Below, piece after piece: positions 24,636 to 37,590 of a stretch of 64,000 nucleotides of DNA (the stretch's first letter is position 1; every line of letters begins with the position of its first letter). The position numbers and the translations under genes were made by a program. The notes below the pieces were generated by a model that saw only the letters and a list, made by a program, of their open reading frames with translations, was not told where the DNA came from and made no database searches. This stretch comes from Camelus ferus (Eukaryota), in the NCBI RefSeq assembly GCF_009834535.1, contig NC_045707.1, positions 61,196,001 through 61,260,000 of the forward strand, in the 5' to 3' direction.

Positions 24636-25659
24636 AGAAATACAATGAACTGTTATCAGAATGCTCACTTGTTTATTGCTTATTTATATTGCACTTATAC
24701 GGTTCAGCTGAAAAAGGACTTCTGGAAATTCCAGCTCTGATTATAAGCCATTCTGTTGTTTTCTGAATTATTGGCTCCAATGCCTATATTTGATTTCTGT
24801 GCTTGAGTAAACCCACCCACATGCCAGACTGAACCCCAGCGCGTTTGACATTTTCCCTTTTGAACAGCATCCAGCATAATGTAGCTTACTGGAAAAAATC
24901 TACACAGTATGACTCAGCCAGTCATGCAAGCCTTTTTTTCCTGTGGAATTCATTACTTTTTTCCCTTCAAAATGAAAATGGACCACATTATTTAAGGATA
25001 AACAAATATGAAAGTGTTTCCAGCAGCATCTTTTCATCCACTTGGCTGCAGAAGATTAACTTAAAATTCTTGGCTGAGATCTTGCTTCATACCTAAATGT
25101 TTCAGTAAATACAGTTTTATTGAAACAGAACACAACTTTTCAAATTCTCTGACTGGAAATAGAGAATGAAGCCCCCTTTCCCAAGAGGAGAAGCCATGCT
25201 TTCCTTTTACTTAAGATGTCCCTAAATTATCTCACATAGTATGCATTTAATGCTCTCTAAATCAAACTATGTATGTGAACAGAACTATGCTTATGAAAAG
25301 TCTTGTAATCTAAATGGCCTATCAAGATCTGGATTTTTCTTCCTTCCCCTTCCTTAATTTTCTGATGAATTCCAGGAAAACTTCCCAAATGAGCACATAT
25401 ATTATCAATCCTCATCACTGGAAATCTGTTATTTTTCAGGAGTTGTATTTTTGCTGTGTTTTTAGAATTTTCAGTGGAGTTTGATTAGATGCACTTGCAC
25501 GTTTGAGACGTCCTTTAGGTGGGAGGCTTTTGCAACTAGGCAAGCAATTCTAGAAGCTATTATCTGCTATCATAATGTTGACCATATAAAAATTGAAATA
25601 GAAACTGAGAAAATGGGAGTAGAGGAAGAAGTAAGTGACAGATTATTCGATCAGTAAAC

Positions 25660-25900
25660 AATAACAACTGTAGCTAAAGGTGTTGAGGATTCACTGTTAT
25701 ATGTGTTGGAATCTAGGTAAGGTGGTTTATATTCACTTCCTGTATAGCAACTCTACAAATAAGCATTATCATCTCCATTTTACAGATGAATAAACTGAGG
25801 CTCAGAAGAGTGAAGGGTCTTATAACTGTTGGCAAAACTGAGATTTATGATTTGTCCCACAATAAAGCTTATTTTCTTCTCACTACATCATACTGTCTCA
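25660..25900 (-). mobile_element. MIR SINE
   Basis: attatcatctccattttacagatgaataaactgaggctcagaagag. Confidence 0.8.
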
Positions 25901-26589
25901 GTTATGGTGTAAATATAATCAGGAAAAGACAAAGAATAAAAGAGGTGAAAGATACTAAGTAGAAATAAAATGTATTTTTTTATTTGAACAGATTTATTTA
26001 AACTTATGTACAAAATTCATGATAGCAAAAAAAAAAAAAAAAAAAAGGTGGGGGGGGGGGTTGAACAAGCAAAATGGAGCCAGGCTAGGATTGAAAAATC
26101 ACCTTCCATCTTGGAAGGTGAATGACAAAGTGCTAAGGCTGAACCCTGCAGTCACCTGCCTGAGTCTCTCCCTCTAATTCCTATGGCTGATCATCTGTTT
26201 TTCTCCCTAAAAAACCTCTTGAATATGGTCATCTTTGATGGGGTCTTCAACACCACCCATACCTATGGTGACACTTGTGAGAATAACAAAATGTTACCTT
26301 TGTTAGCAAAATGTCTGGCTCATGAATAAGAAAGGGTCCCCTTCCTCCCTGGGCTGGCCCACAGTACTTGGCCAGCAGGCCACAGGCCGATTTTCAGCAA
26401 CCACTCACCTCTTGGGAAAGTGCTTTGTGCAGGGCATAACCTGCATGGCCTCTGTGATGGCCTTGGCTTTGTTCTTTTTTCACCTCCATTACCTTCCCCA
26501 TGTTCAAGTCACTATCAGTTTCTTCCCCAGAGATTTCTCTTAATTCTTCTTCCCTACCCCCAGTCTTCCCCTCCTTCTTTGCTTTCTCT

Positions 26590-27110
26590 GCACAGCAGCT
26601 GATTTGCTTTCTGAAACACAACCATGGTCATGTCACCCCACCAATAACACTATAATACATCCCCTTTGTCTTCATTATGTCTGGACTTTCTAGAATAGCA
26701 AAAACACCTTTCTTTACCTGAGTCTGTGGCCTTTCTCATTCCTTCTCTTACCACTCCCTTTGTGCCTTCTGCTCTCCCACAGTTCAGATAGATCACGATG
26801 CCTCATCTCTGTTATGGCTGAGCCTTGAACATGCATTTTACTCCCAACTTTGTGTCCTTTATCTGGCAGATTTCTACTTGTCCTTCAGAGATCAACTCAG
26901 ACATCATCTCTGGGAAGGCTTTCTGACCTCAACAGCCTGAACTAGGTGGTCCTCTGGTTCCTTTATTCACTCTGAATTGTAGCACTTAAAATGTTGTGTT
27001 GCAGTTGTCTGCCTCTGCACCCGCCCTTTCCAGAAGGTAGCCAAATTCTCCAGGACAGGAGCAATATCTTATTCATTCTTGTAGCCCAGAGACCCACTGT
27101 AGTACTTGAC
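26590..27110 (+). mobile_element. L2 fragment
   Basis: ctttctgaaacacaaccatggtcatgtcac...ctacttgtccttcagagatcaactcagacatcatctctgggaaggctttctgacc. Confidence 0.75.
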
Positions 27111-28009
27111 TCAGCTGTCAGCTGGAAGCATAATCTGCTTTTGGGTGGATGCAAAATCATTCAGTTAGCCATTCCAGAAAATGTGAAGATAAGGATGGAG
27201 GAAGAAGAGTGAGAAGGCAACCATTTTCTGGCCTAAAGATGCTCAATGCTTCTGTGACAACTTCCCTGGAAGATTCTCTATTCATGAACTTCTGGAATGG
27301 AACTGGAATTTGAACTATTTTCTTACACCTGCTTCAGCGGTGTAAAGTGACTCTAAAGGAAGGTATCAGTTAAGCGAAGAGCAAGTCACTAGAAACAGCT
27401 CTGACAGTGTCATTCCAAAAGGGTCTGCATTTGGAAAATGAATGAAATCTGAATGGCTCGTTTTAGTATTTCATAGGGCCATAAAATCAGAGACCAGTTG
27501 CTAGGGGAAAGCCTGCAGGTGGAGTGTTGTTGATATTTAAAACACTGAATTTGGGAATTTTCAAACGTTCCTTTTAGTGGAAGAATTATTGCCCACAGCG
27601 GAGTACTGGATCCCTGTGGTGATTCATTTAGCTCTCCAGAACCAGAAGATGCCTTTTTTTTTTTTTTTTTTTCCTGGCAGGAGGGAGGGCTTAGGAATAA
27701 GGACCTAAGTGGAAACAGTCCACTCAAATCCGTTATGATTCCCTCTTCATATCTGAGCCCCCAGGATAATCTTCCTGCTCTCATCATGTTTAAAACCTAC
27801 CCTCCGTCCTTCTAAGGGAAGAAATCAGCAGCCATGAAACTGAACAAAAGTAACTGACTCTTGTCCCCGTTCTTCAAAGACGATGCCAACAACATGGCAC
27901 ATGGGGTGATGGAGGGTTTTAGTGCCTGTTATGGTACTTTCTGTTTTTCCTTTGCATCTCATAACTTGCAGTTCTTTTCCTTTTTTACCATGTGTGTTTT
28001 CTCCCTAGA

Positions 28010-28345
28010 ATAAGACTTAGCAAACTTTTTCTGTGAAGGGCCAAATAATAAATACTTTTAAGGGTTTGTTGGCCATAAGTCTCTGTTGTAGCTACTCAAC
28101 TCTGCTGTCCCAGTGCAAAAGTAGCTGTAGACAATATGTAAATAAATGAGCATAGTGCATTCCAATAAATTTGTATGTACGGACCCTGAAAATGGAACTT
28201 CATATAATTTTCCTGTGTTGTCAAGTATTTTTATTTTTTTCTCAATCATTTAGAAATGTACAAACCATCTTTATTTTGCAGACCATATAAAAACAGGTGG
28301 TGAGCCAGGTAAGGCTTGTGGGCTGTAATTTATTGGTCCCTGTAA
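28010..28345. mobile_element. MER58B-like hAT DNA transposon
   Basis: agcaaactttttctgtgaagggccaaataataaatac...ctactcaactctgctg...aaaaacaggtggtgagccag. Confidence 0.8.
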
Positions 28346-28389
28346 TAGAGAGTCAACTGGGGACAACAGGGTCAGATTTGTGTTTTCAG

Positions 28390-28540
28390 CCAGTGTGTCT
28401 CCAAATATGCATATGAATCACTTGGGGGTTCTGTTAAAATGCAGATTCTGTTGTGAGAGTCTATATTTCTTAGCAGCTCCCAGGTGATACTTTGGCAGCA
28501 CTATTTGATCTACGGACCACACCTGGAGTAGTAAGACTTT
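28390..28540. mobile_element. MER5B-like DNA transposon
   Basis: gaatcacttgggggttctgttaaaatgcagattctg...agctcccaggtgat...ggaccacacctggagtag. Confidence 0.75.
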
Positions 28541-29439
28541 CAAAGAACCCAGGTTGGGTCCATCCATGGAAGAGATCCTGGAATAAAGAGTGAGTGGGTG
28601 AGGGTAGAGGGGAGAGTTGTAAACATCTGTTAGGAGTCTTTTGGGAGTTTGACTCAGCAGGCCTTGATTGCTGGGAGGAAGTGAGAGCTGAGAGGAAGTG
28701 AGAGCTGAGAGGGAATGAGAAGTTAAAGGTGATTTCAAGGTTTTGTTGGTTAGTGGTGCTTTTAGCAGAGATCTCAGTTATCCATACAAAACCAGGTACA
28801 GACTAGTGCTAAGTTTATATTGAATAAATAGAAAGGCTAGTAAAAGAGCTGGTTGGGTTGGAAGAATATGTAAAAGGAACAATAATGACCTCAATCCAGG
28901 GTAGTTTGAATTTGATTTTGCAGATAAAAGGAAAGGTAGCGAAAGCAGATAATACTTTAAAGGCAGAATGCTGTGTGGCACCTGCTGGCCTGGGAGTGGG
29001 TTGGGTTGTTCTCCATCAGCTGAGAGCTAAACCTGGACCAGTAGCACTCCTGGCCGGGAAGAGCAGAAACTGCACTGAAAGCATCCTTTTCTTAATGACT
29101 AAACATGGCTGGAATTGTTTGTTGCCTTGCAAGTCTTCTCATATAAATGTTTAACTTCATTCTTTTTTTATAATAGGACTTTAATTACAAAAAGCCATTG
29201 AAGAGTCAGAATTTTCTTGCAGACATTTTAAAGCTCTGGCCTAGGAATCAACTCAGTGTGAATATTATACCATAAAGCCTGTTGTCTCAGGTTTCATCCT
29301 CCCTTATGTCCAATTTAGTTTGTTCTTCTACTGAAGACACTAAATATCTTTCATACATTAAAGGAATTGCTTCTTTACATGATGGTATGTAGTGCTTCCT
29401 CAGCTGAACAAGTTTTCTTTCCTACTTTTTTCCCTATAT

Positions 29440-31010
29440 TATGTCTCCCTCCCACCCCATCCCTTGCTTTCTCCTTTGGTGACCATACATTTATTTTCTA
29501 TGTCTATGAGTCTATTTCTGTTTTGTAAGTAAATTCCTTGTGTTATTTTTTAGATCCTACATAAAAGTGGTATTATATGATATTTGCCTTTCTCTGACTT
29601 TACTTAGTATCTCTAGGTCCATCCATGTTGCTGTAAATGGCATTATTTCATTCTTTTTAATGGCTAAGTAATATTGCATTGTGTGTGTGTACGTGTGTAC
29701 ACACCATATCTTCTTTATCCAGTCATCTGTTGATGGATGTTTAGGTTGCTCCTATGTCTTGGCTATTGTAAATAGTGCTGCTGTGAACATTGGGATGCAT
29801 GTATCTTTTTGAATTAGAGTTTTCTCTGGATATATGCCCAGGAATGGGATGCAGAATTATATGGTAACTCTACTTTTGTTTTGTAAGAAAATTCCATACT
29901 GTCCTCCATAGTGGCTGCACCAATTTACATTCCCACTAACAGTGTAGGAAGTTTCCCTTTTCTCCACCCCCTCTCCAGCATTTATTACTTGTAGACTTTT
30001 TAATGATGGTCATTCTGACTGATGTGAGGTGATAACCTCATTGTAGTTTTGATTTGCATTTCTCTAATAATTAGTGATGTTACGCATCTTTTCACGTGTC
30101 TGTTGGCTATCTGTATTTCTTTTCAGAGAAATGTCTGTTTAGGTCTTCGGCTCATTTTTTGGTTGGGTTCTTTGTTTTTTGACATTAAGTTATTTGAGCT
30201 GTTTGTATATTTTGGAAATTAATCCCTTGTCGGTCTTATGGTTTGCAAATATTTTCTCCCAGTATGTAGTGTTTTCATTTTGTTTATGGTTTCCTTTGCT
30301 GTGCAAAAACTTTTAAATTTAATTAGGTCCCATTTGTTTTTACTTCCATTACTCTAAGAGGTGGATCCAAACAACTATTGCTGAAATTTGTGTCAGTGTT
30401 CTGCCTAGGTTTTCCTCTAGGAGTTTTAGCATATCCAGTCTTATACTTAGGTCTTTAATCCATTTTGAGTTTATTTTTGTATATGGTGTTAGAGAATGTT
30501 CTCATTTCATTCTTTTACATGTAGCTGTCCAGTTCTCCCAGCACTACTTATTGAAGAGACTGTCTTTTCTCCATTGTACATTCTTACCTCCTTTGTCATA
30601 GATTAATTGACCGTAGGTCTGTGGGTTTATTTCTGAGCTTTCTATTCTGATCCATTGATGTGTGTGTCATTTTTGCGGCAGGAACAACTATTTTGATTAC
30701 TATAGTTTTGTAGCATAGTCTGAAGTCAGGAAGCGTGATTTCCTCCAGCTCTGTTCTTCTTTCTCAAGATTGTTTTGGCTATTTGGGGTCTTTTGTGTTT
30801 CTACACAAATTAAAAAATTTTTGTTCCAGTTCTGTGAAAAATGCCACTGGTAATTTGATAGGGATTGCATTGACTCTACAGATTGCCTTGGGTAGTCTGG
30901 TCATTTTAACAATATTAATTCTTCCAATCCGAGAACACAATACATCTTTCCATCTGTTTGTGTCACCTTCATTTCTTACCGTTTTCAGAATACAACTCTT
31001 TTGTCCTGGC
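29440..31010 (-). mobile_element. L1 fragment (decayed ORF2 3' region plus part of the 3'UTR)
   Basis: Canonical antisense L1: ttgtagttttgatttgcatttctctaataattagtgatg, ggtaatttgatagggattgcattg, cagttctcccagcactacttattgaagagactg. The ORF is disrupted. Confidence 0.95.
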
Positions 31011-31129
31011 TTTTTTTAAAACCCACTTTTACCTTTGTAAACTCTGATTAAAAAGGATCTGTCTGAATTTGCTGGTGATCTATTTGTCATTGGCCAAAAA
31101 AAAAAAAAAAAATTCCCAAACACACTCAG

Positions 31130-31770
31130 GGATATTTAATCAACAACCTCATAATTCTATCTCTAGTTTCTCCTTCTCCTAATTCACTTTACATACTGTT
31201 GCCTGTTAATATCTGTGAAGCATATCCTCAATGCTATTACCTTCTTGTTCAATAAACTTAAATTACTCTCTGTGGTCTACAAATGAAGTCCAGACTCTTC
31301 AGTCTGCTTTTCAGTTTGTGCCGCTGTCTGACTTTCATTTACGTTTCTAACAGATTTCCTGTTACTCACGTTCACCCACCCCACCCGATGACCACATCAA
31401 GCTCACTGCCTCCTCACGGGCCCTGCCCTTTCTTGCCTCTGAGCTATTGCACATCTGCCCACCCCCACTCTCCCCACTCATCTGAACCCTGTGGTCCTCT
31501 GAAACCCAGGTTAGACTCTCCCTTCTCCATGAAGCCTTTCTGATTTCTAAGTTGAAAATAATATTCGCCTTATTTTTTGAATTTCCAAATCTCTTTATTT
31601 GTGCATCAGGGTATAGCAGAAAGAATATGGGTCTCTAGAATATAAGCTCAACCAGGACTTTAAGTCCATTTTATTCATTCATTCATTCAGGGCCTAGCAA
31701 GTGCTTAGCACACAGCAGGTGCTGAAGAAATATTTATTGAATGAATGAATGAATGAATGAGTGAATAAAT
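31130..31770 (+). mobile_element. L2 fragments ending in a (GAAT)n tail
   Basis: aatgaagtccagactcttcagtctg, ccttctccatgaagcctttctgat and agtgcttagcacacagcaggtgctgaagaaatatttattgaatgaatgaat. Confidence 0.75.
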
Positions 31771-31944
31771 AAAGGTATGTGTTTTCTTAAATTCAGTGGT
31801 ATCATATGTGAATGCCTAGGACAAAGTAGCTTAATATGTTAGCTTCCTTTCCCTTTATTCTCTTTTTTTTTAAATGGAAGTTATAAATTTCAAATATATC
31901 TATTTCTACAGTGCCTGGGATCTAGTGGGAGGGGGGAAGAGAAG

Positions 31945-32290
31945 AAATCTATTGAGCACCCTCTGTCTGTCTGTCAAGGACTGTACTGGGTGCCTTATAT
32001 TTACTTTCATTTTAATTCTTCATGAGAATTTTATAAAGTAGGTGTTCTTCTCTCTGTTTTACGGGTGGAGAAGCTAAAGCTCTGGGAATCTTGTCCAAGG
32101 TCACAGATCTAATCAGTGGACAGCACTGAATTTTAAAGCCAAGTCTGTCTGACTTTAAAACTCATGCCTTTAACGTCAGTTTATTACAGTGTGGGTTGTT
32201 AATTAGTAAATTACAAAGCAGGATGCGAAGCCATGTCTACCTGACTTGAAAAAATCCACATTCTTGCCACTATATTGTCTTGCCTCTCAC
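31945..32290 (-). mobile_element. MIR SINE fragments
   Basis: ctattgagcacc...cttgtccaaggtcacagatctaatcagtgg...ccaagtctgtctgactttaaaac. Confidence 0.75.
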
Positions 32291-32899
32291 TGTGCCATTA
32301 CTTGGAAAGTACTTGATGAATGAATTTTAAATTGATTAATTTAAAATAAGTTAATGTATTTTAAAATAAATTAATGAATTACTAAAGGAAGAAATAAACA
32401 CTAATGAATTATAGAACTAATGAATTAAGAATAAGCTACTTTCCTACTGGAGAATCATGAGATTGGAATGATGCCCGTTGGCACAGAAAAACCAACTGCT
32501 TTTGCTTAAAGAACAAGGTTAGCTACAAAGGGGAAATGAGCCCCAGCAGACAAATAGTCACATGCTGCCATGGTGGGAGTCAAGAATTGCCTCTACCACT
32601 GAAACCTACACTCTTAATTTCAACACCTGCCATGTCGTTTCAGAATCTCTAGTCTATGACTACAGGCCTGAAAAAGCAACAGCTAAAGCCTTGTTGTTTT
32701 GAGCTGTCATCCATAGCAGATCCCAGACCATGGTAATACCGGCTCCAGTGGAAAGTCTGAACTCAAAAGCCTCTCTGACCCATTGCCTCAGGCTATTTGA
32801 ATTGCAAAATTAACCAAGTTAGGGGTAGAGGAATATTCAGATACTAAACTTTCAAGTTATTCACATGCTGTCAGTGTGAGTTATCACAACATGAAAGAT

Positions 32900-33400
32900 A
32901 AAGAATGAGCAAAACATGACTCCTTAAGGATTTAATACTTCAGAAGAAAAGACAAGTGAACAAATGGGACTTAGGCTGTGAAAGGGGCCTGACTGATGTG
33001 TAATTGGGAGGGACTGGATTAGGTAAGACACTTGGGGGAGGTAATGCCTTCACTGAGTTCTGAAGAATGAGTAGGCATGAGTCAAGGGATGGGTGGGGTG
33101 GAGGTGGGAGAGAAAGACGTCGTAAGGCAGAGCATATGGGAAGATCTGTAGGGAGAGGGTCAGAAGCACATTTGGGGACCAGCAAGCAGTTCAATGTGTG
33201 TTTGGAGCATAGAGAGAGAGGGAGAGATTGGAGACCCTGAAGCTCTGGGGCCAGGTTAGGGAAGCTGGGCTTTATCATAGTGGATATTTATATTAATCAA
33301 GGATGGGACTGAATTTAGGGAATAAGAGGGGACAAGGGAGCTAGAGAGAAATAGAAGTCAGGTAGCAGGGAGGCCAGCCTGGAAGAGACTAATAATTTGG
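32900..33400 (-). mobile_element. L2 fragment
   Basis: ctgagttctgaagaatgagtagg...ggggaccagcaagcagttcaatgtgtgtttggagcatagag. Confidence 0.65.
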
Positions 33401-34189
33401 AACTGGCTCTGAAGAGACTGGGCACGCACCTTGCTAGACTTCTCATTGTCCCATGTGTCACATCCTGGCCCTCAGTGGAAATGAAATTGTAAAATTACAA
33501 ATGGGGCATTGTTCAACAGCTTTTTATATTTATCTCTCCAGTCAGTCTTAATCAAGGACTTAATAAGGATAGTTTCTGAACCCCATTTATTCAGTATCTT
33601 CTCCTCTAATTTTTGTCAAGAGTTAGTCTTTGCTGGAAGCTGTGGAGTTGTGCTCACTTTAGCAGCACACATACTAAAAGTCAAACCATGGAGCTGAGCC
33701 AAGGTGAATTCTTTATGGTATGATCAAGGTTGGAACACCTGAGTCATGTAAGAACCACAGGGCAGGTAGGCAACCAGGACACCTGTGTTAGCCAGGGCAT
33801 CTTGACAAGAGCTGAATGAAGAATAATTTTACCTTCAGAGGCATATGGCCTTTGTTTGGGGAGGACAACTCCCCAGGATTCACTAGAACTTTATGGTAAG
33901 GAGAGCAATGAAGTTCTGGTTACAGATGAAAGGAATCTTCTTGGTGCAACCATATCTACTTGGGCAGCAAGGAACAGCAACACAAAAGGGTGGTTTTTGC
34001 CAATAAAAGCAAAATACAGCGCAACAAAGCCCCCCACCCCCAGATGATAAGCTAAGGGGAATGCTATGGACCTATCTTGTATATTTACACCTGATAATTT
34101 ATCGTTGATATTTTGTTCCTTTTGAGTTCCTGTACTTAGAGAAGGTAGTAATTTGGAACAGGGTTGACTTAATTACACCTGTTACACTT

Positions 34190-34410
34190 GTATGTATAGC
34201 ACTTACACTGTGCCCAACGCAGTCCTGAGGATTTTCTATATCAACTCATTTAATTCTTTTGTAATCCTGTGAGATAGGTACTGTTTTTATCATTACTTCC
34301 AGTTTGCAGATGAAGAAAGTGATGCAGAATAATACATCTGTGATAAAAATAGCCATTTAGTGGAGTTGAATTTTGAACCCCGGAAGTCTGGCTCCAGAGT
34401 CTATGCTTGA
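34190..34410 (-). mobile_element. MIR SINE
   Basis: aactcatttaattct...aatcctgtgagataggtactg...tttgaaccccggaagtctggctccagagtc. Confidence 0.8.
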
Positions 34411-34414
34411 AACC

Positions 34415-34607
34415 TGAAGTTTCTCAGTTTTAATGTGAATTAGGAACACGAGGAAAGGGTGTTAAAATGCAGAATCCCAGGCAACACTCTTGGAGATTCT
34501 GATTTAATATTTCCAGGAGGGACCTGGGTATTTGCGTATTTAACAAGTGCCCCATATGCTTATGATGTGGTTGTTCCTAAGACCACACTTAGAGAGACAC
34601 TGCTCTA
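34415..34607. mobile_element. MER5-like DNA transposon
   Basis: tgttaaaatgcagaatcccagg...ggagattctgattt...gaccacacttagagagacactgctcta. Confidence 0.75.
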
Positions 34608-35489
34608 AATCATAACATTAGCCTGTCTCTTGTTACTGTTGTTGAAACATTGCTTGTCCCCTGCTGTTTCCTACTATTTCAGCATACTGTTCAATGCAAA
34701 GAAAAAAAAAAAGTGAAAATAATGACATTTTGAGGATTATCTATCCATCCATCCGTCCATCAATCCATCCATCGTCTATGTATATATGTTACACCACTGT
34801 TTCTGTCTATGTATGTAAACTTGTTTGAATGAAACAAGTTTTAAGGCAAGTTTTAAAAATTCTACATGATACCAAGTATCTTTTTGGGCTAAATTGTTAG
34901 CCATTTGTTTCTATGCCCCACAGATCCATTTAAAAATAAATTTGTGATGACTCCAGGAGGAGAAAATCCTCTGCACTTTTTTACTGGATGCTTTTGTGAT
35001 CCAAAGGTGTCATTCTTTTATAGTTTCAGTGTTGGAGTCAGAACTAATGTTTGTTGTGTGTTTGTCATTTTATAATGGCCTTTTAAAGCATGTAGCTGTG
35101 TTTTGAGAATGTGATCTGACCTATGACATCTTTCCATTAATTCAAGAATGTCTAGTGTCTCTTCTGAGTTTTACTGTACTTCTGTTAACACTCCACCATA
35201 ATTTTTACACAATTGTGACAAAAAGATGTGCTGTCAAAGTAGAGTGAATATTGAATTCAATGCAAAAATGATTAGTTGAAAGGCATTATTTGGATTCTCA
35301 TTTTTCTATCTGAAATAAGTAAGGTATTATCTATTTTTCTTGATCTAAATCTTCATCTAAATGTGGATATTCAGAAGGCATATGTTTTTAAGTTAAAACT
35401 AAAATTCACATTCACTTGATTAAAAAAAGTTCAAAAAATTATCAAAAATTTATTAATCAAGTAAAAATATTAATCAAAAAATCATCACC

Positions 35490-36070
35490 AGTTACAACTG
35501 AGCCCTCCAAATTGGTAAAGTTCCCAGACAGCCTGTCCTCTCCCTTAAGGCCAATGCCCTTTGACCTCTAATGAGGGCATCTTTTCTGGACCAACTCCTG
35601 CCCGTCTCTTTAACTGTAACTGTCTTAGCTAAAGAAATGTTGTGAGCGATAAGAGGTTTGGCTTGGAAAAAATGGGAGAAGGGCATGAGATTAGCTAGAG
35701 ACTAGAGCAAAGACACTTAGCAAGGGCAGGAGAGGCTCAGAGTGCTCAGTGCACAAGAGGGAGCAGCAATCAGGGGTGAGAAGGAAAGGGAGGAACTTTA
35801 CATGATTGAAATGTGAATTCCTTTCCACCGTCTCCTTTTATTCTCCAGGGGACTCACAATCCCATGTTGTAATCAGTCTCTTCTCAGAGGTGGCTTTTCT
35901 CGTACTGCCTTCCTCTACATGACCCTGCTCGAGAAATTTATGCACTTCTGGGCCTAATCATTGTAGAGGGACACTAAGTTTCCCCTGTTTTCCAGCTAAA
36001 GCTTTGTACTGTCTGGGCATCCTGGGTGGATCCAACCTAACTCATAAACTTTCCTGTAAGGATACAATTA
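35490..36070. mobile_element. Possible ancient LTR (Gypsy/ERVL-like)
   Basis: A GC-richer block amid AT-rich DNA with LTR-like composition; I could not recognise the family confidently. Confidence 0.3.
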
Positions 36071-36142
36071 TTTTTTATTTGTTCCTCCTCCTTATATTGA
36101 GGGCGTGTGGTTGAAATCAACACTTTTCAAAAAGAAATAATT

Positions 36143-37590
36143 GACTTCTGCTTCTGGCCAAGGTGGAGAAGCTAGGCCCACATTTACCCTTCACCCTAAA
36201 ACACAAGGAAAAACAATCAGACAAAACATTTGAAAAGAAGGTTATCAAGACATTGGAGGTCAGGCAAATTGAGGACAGTGAAACCTGTGAGAGGGGGAGT
36301 AAACAAGGTAAGCTCTAAAATTGCCCCAACTTCTGGCTTTGAATGAGTTTTCAGATTGCTGTGTAGGAAGGGGAATGCCAGGCGGGGCCCGTGGCTCCTG
36401 TGAGTTGAGGAAATGGAGCTGAGAGGCTGGAGAGACAAAGGCAGGGCTTGCAGACCAGAGTTTTGGAGAGGAGAAGCTGAGAGGAGCGAAGCTCAGAGGA
36501 CTGCTGAGCTTTAAGTTTTAAGCAGAATGTTGATGAGCACATGTGTGTAAGAAAACAGCTCTTGGCTGTGAAAGAACTTTCCAGAAAGATTAGAAGGAAA
36601 TTTCTAGGAGCTCACATAGGACTGGGGAGAGTGTCTGTTCCCACCAGCCACACTGGAAAACATAATTCATAGCACACTGGAGTAGAGTATTTAGAAAGAT
36701 ACTGTCTCAGTGGTGGGGAATAATTAACCCTAGACTAAATGCTCCTCTGGTCTTACCTAGTAAATCTCGAAAACAAGACTTAAAAGTATCAAACTGTTTC
36801 CAAGTAATGTAACTCTGTCTTACAACAAAACTCAAAAATATTTTTAAGAATGCAAAAATATCCAGCACACATTATCGTAAAATTCAAAATGTCTGATGTC
36901 TATTAATTGATGTATTAAAGTATCCAAAATGGAAGATAAAGACAAAAAGGATTAAAAAGTAAATAAAGCATCAGAGAACCATGAGGCAACTTCCAGAAGC
37001 TAAAAATATACATCATTCACCTACTAGAATAGCTAAAGTTAAAAAGACTGAGTATGCTGAATGTTGGCAGTTTCTTAAAAAGCTATATGATCCAGCCATT
37101 TCACGCCTAGGTATTTGCCAAGAGAAACGAGGTCCTGTGTCCACACAAAGACTTGTTCATAAATGTTTATAGAAGCTTTATTTGGAATATCTCAAACTGG
37201 AAACATCCCAAATGTCCATCAGCAGGTGAATGGATGCTACATGCATCCACTTCTTTGGTGTTTCCTAAGATAGACACCATTTGTGAATAAAGAGGACAGG
37301 AGCTGGACAAAAAGAGTATGATTCCATTTATTTAAAATTCTGTAGTGGCAGGAAGCAAATCAGTGGCTGCCTGAGTCCAGGGCAAAGGTAAGGGTGGCAG
37401 GTAAGGGTGATAGGGAAGGATTAAAGAGGGGTGTAGGAAATTTTGGGGTAATGTATATACTTCTTTATTGATTGTATTGATGGTTTTGTGGGTATATACA
37501 TATATCAAAATTTAACAAATTATACGGTTCAAATATGTGCCATTTATTGTGTATCAGTAATACATATTAATCAAGCTATTTTTAAAAATT
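36143..37590 (+). mobile_element. Ancient L1M element: 5'UTR, ORF1 scrap, ORF2 end and 3'UTR (internally deleted)
   Basis: Starts gacttctgcttctggccaaggtggag (L1M 5' end). ORF1-like aaagcatcagagaaccatgaggcaac lies at ~36965, ORF2 end tatgatccagccatttcacgcctaggtattt at ~37086, and the L1ME-type 3'UTR runs to ~37590. Confidence 0.75.

Noticed and set aside
24845..25096. Coding exon after the acceptor ttttcccttttgaacag (~24867)
   Set aside because: There is no convincing downstream donor and the peptide is unrecognisable.
26099..26121. Perfect 10-bp inverted repeat tcaccttcca-tct-tggaaggtga
   Set aside because: Roughly one such short hairpin is expected by chance in 64 kb, and it is too short for a pre-miRNA.
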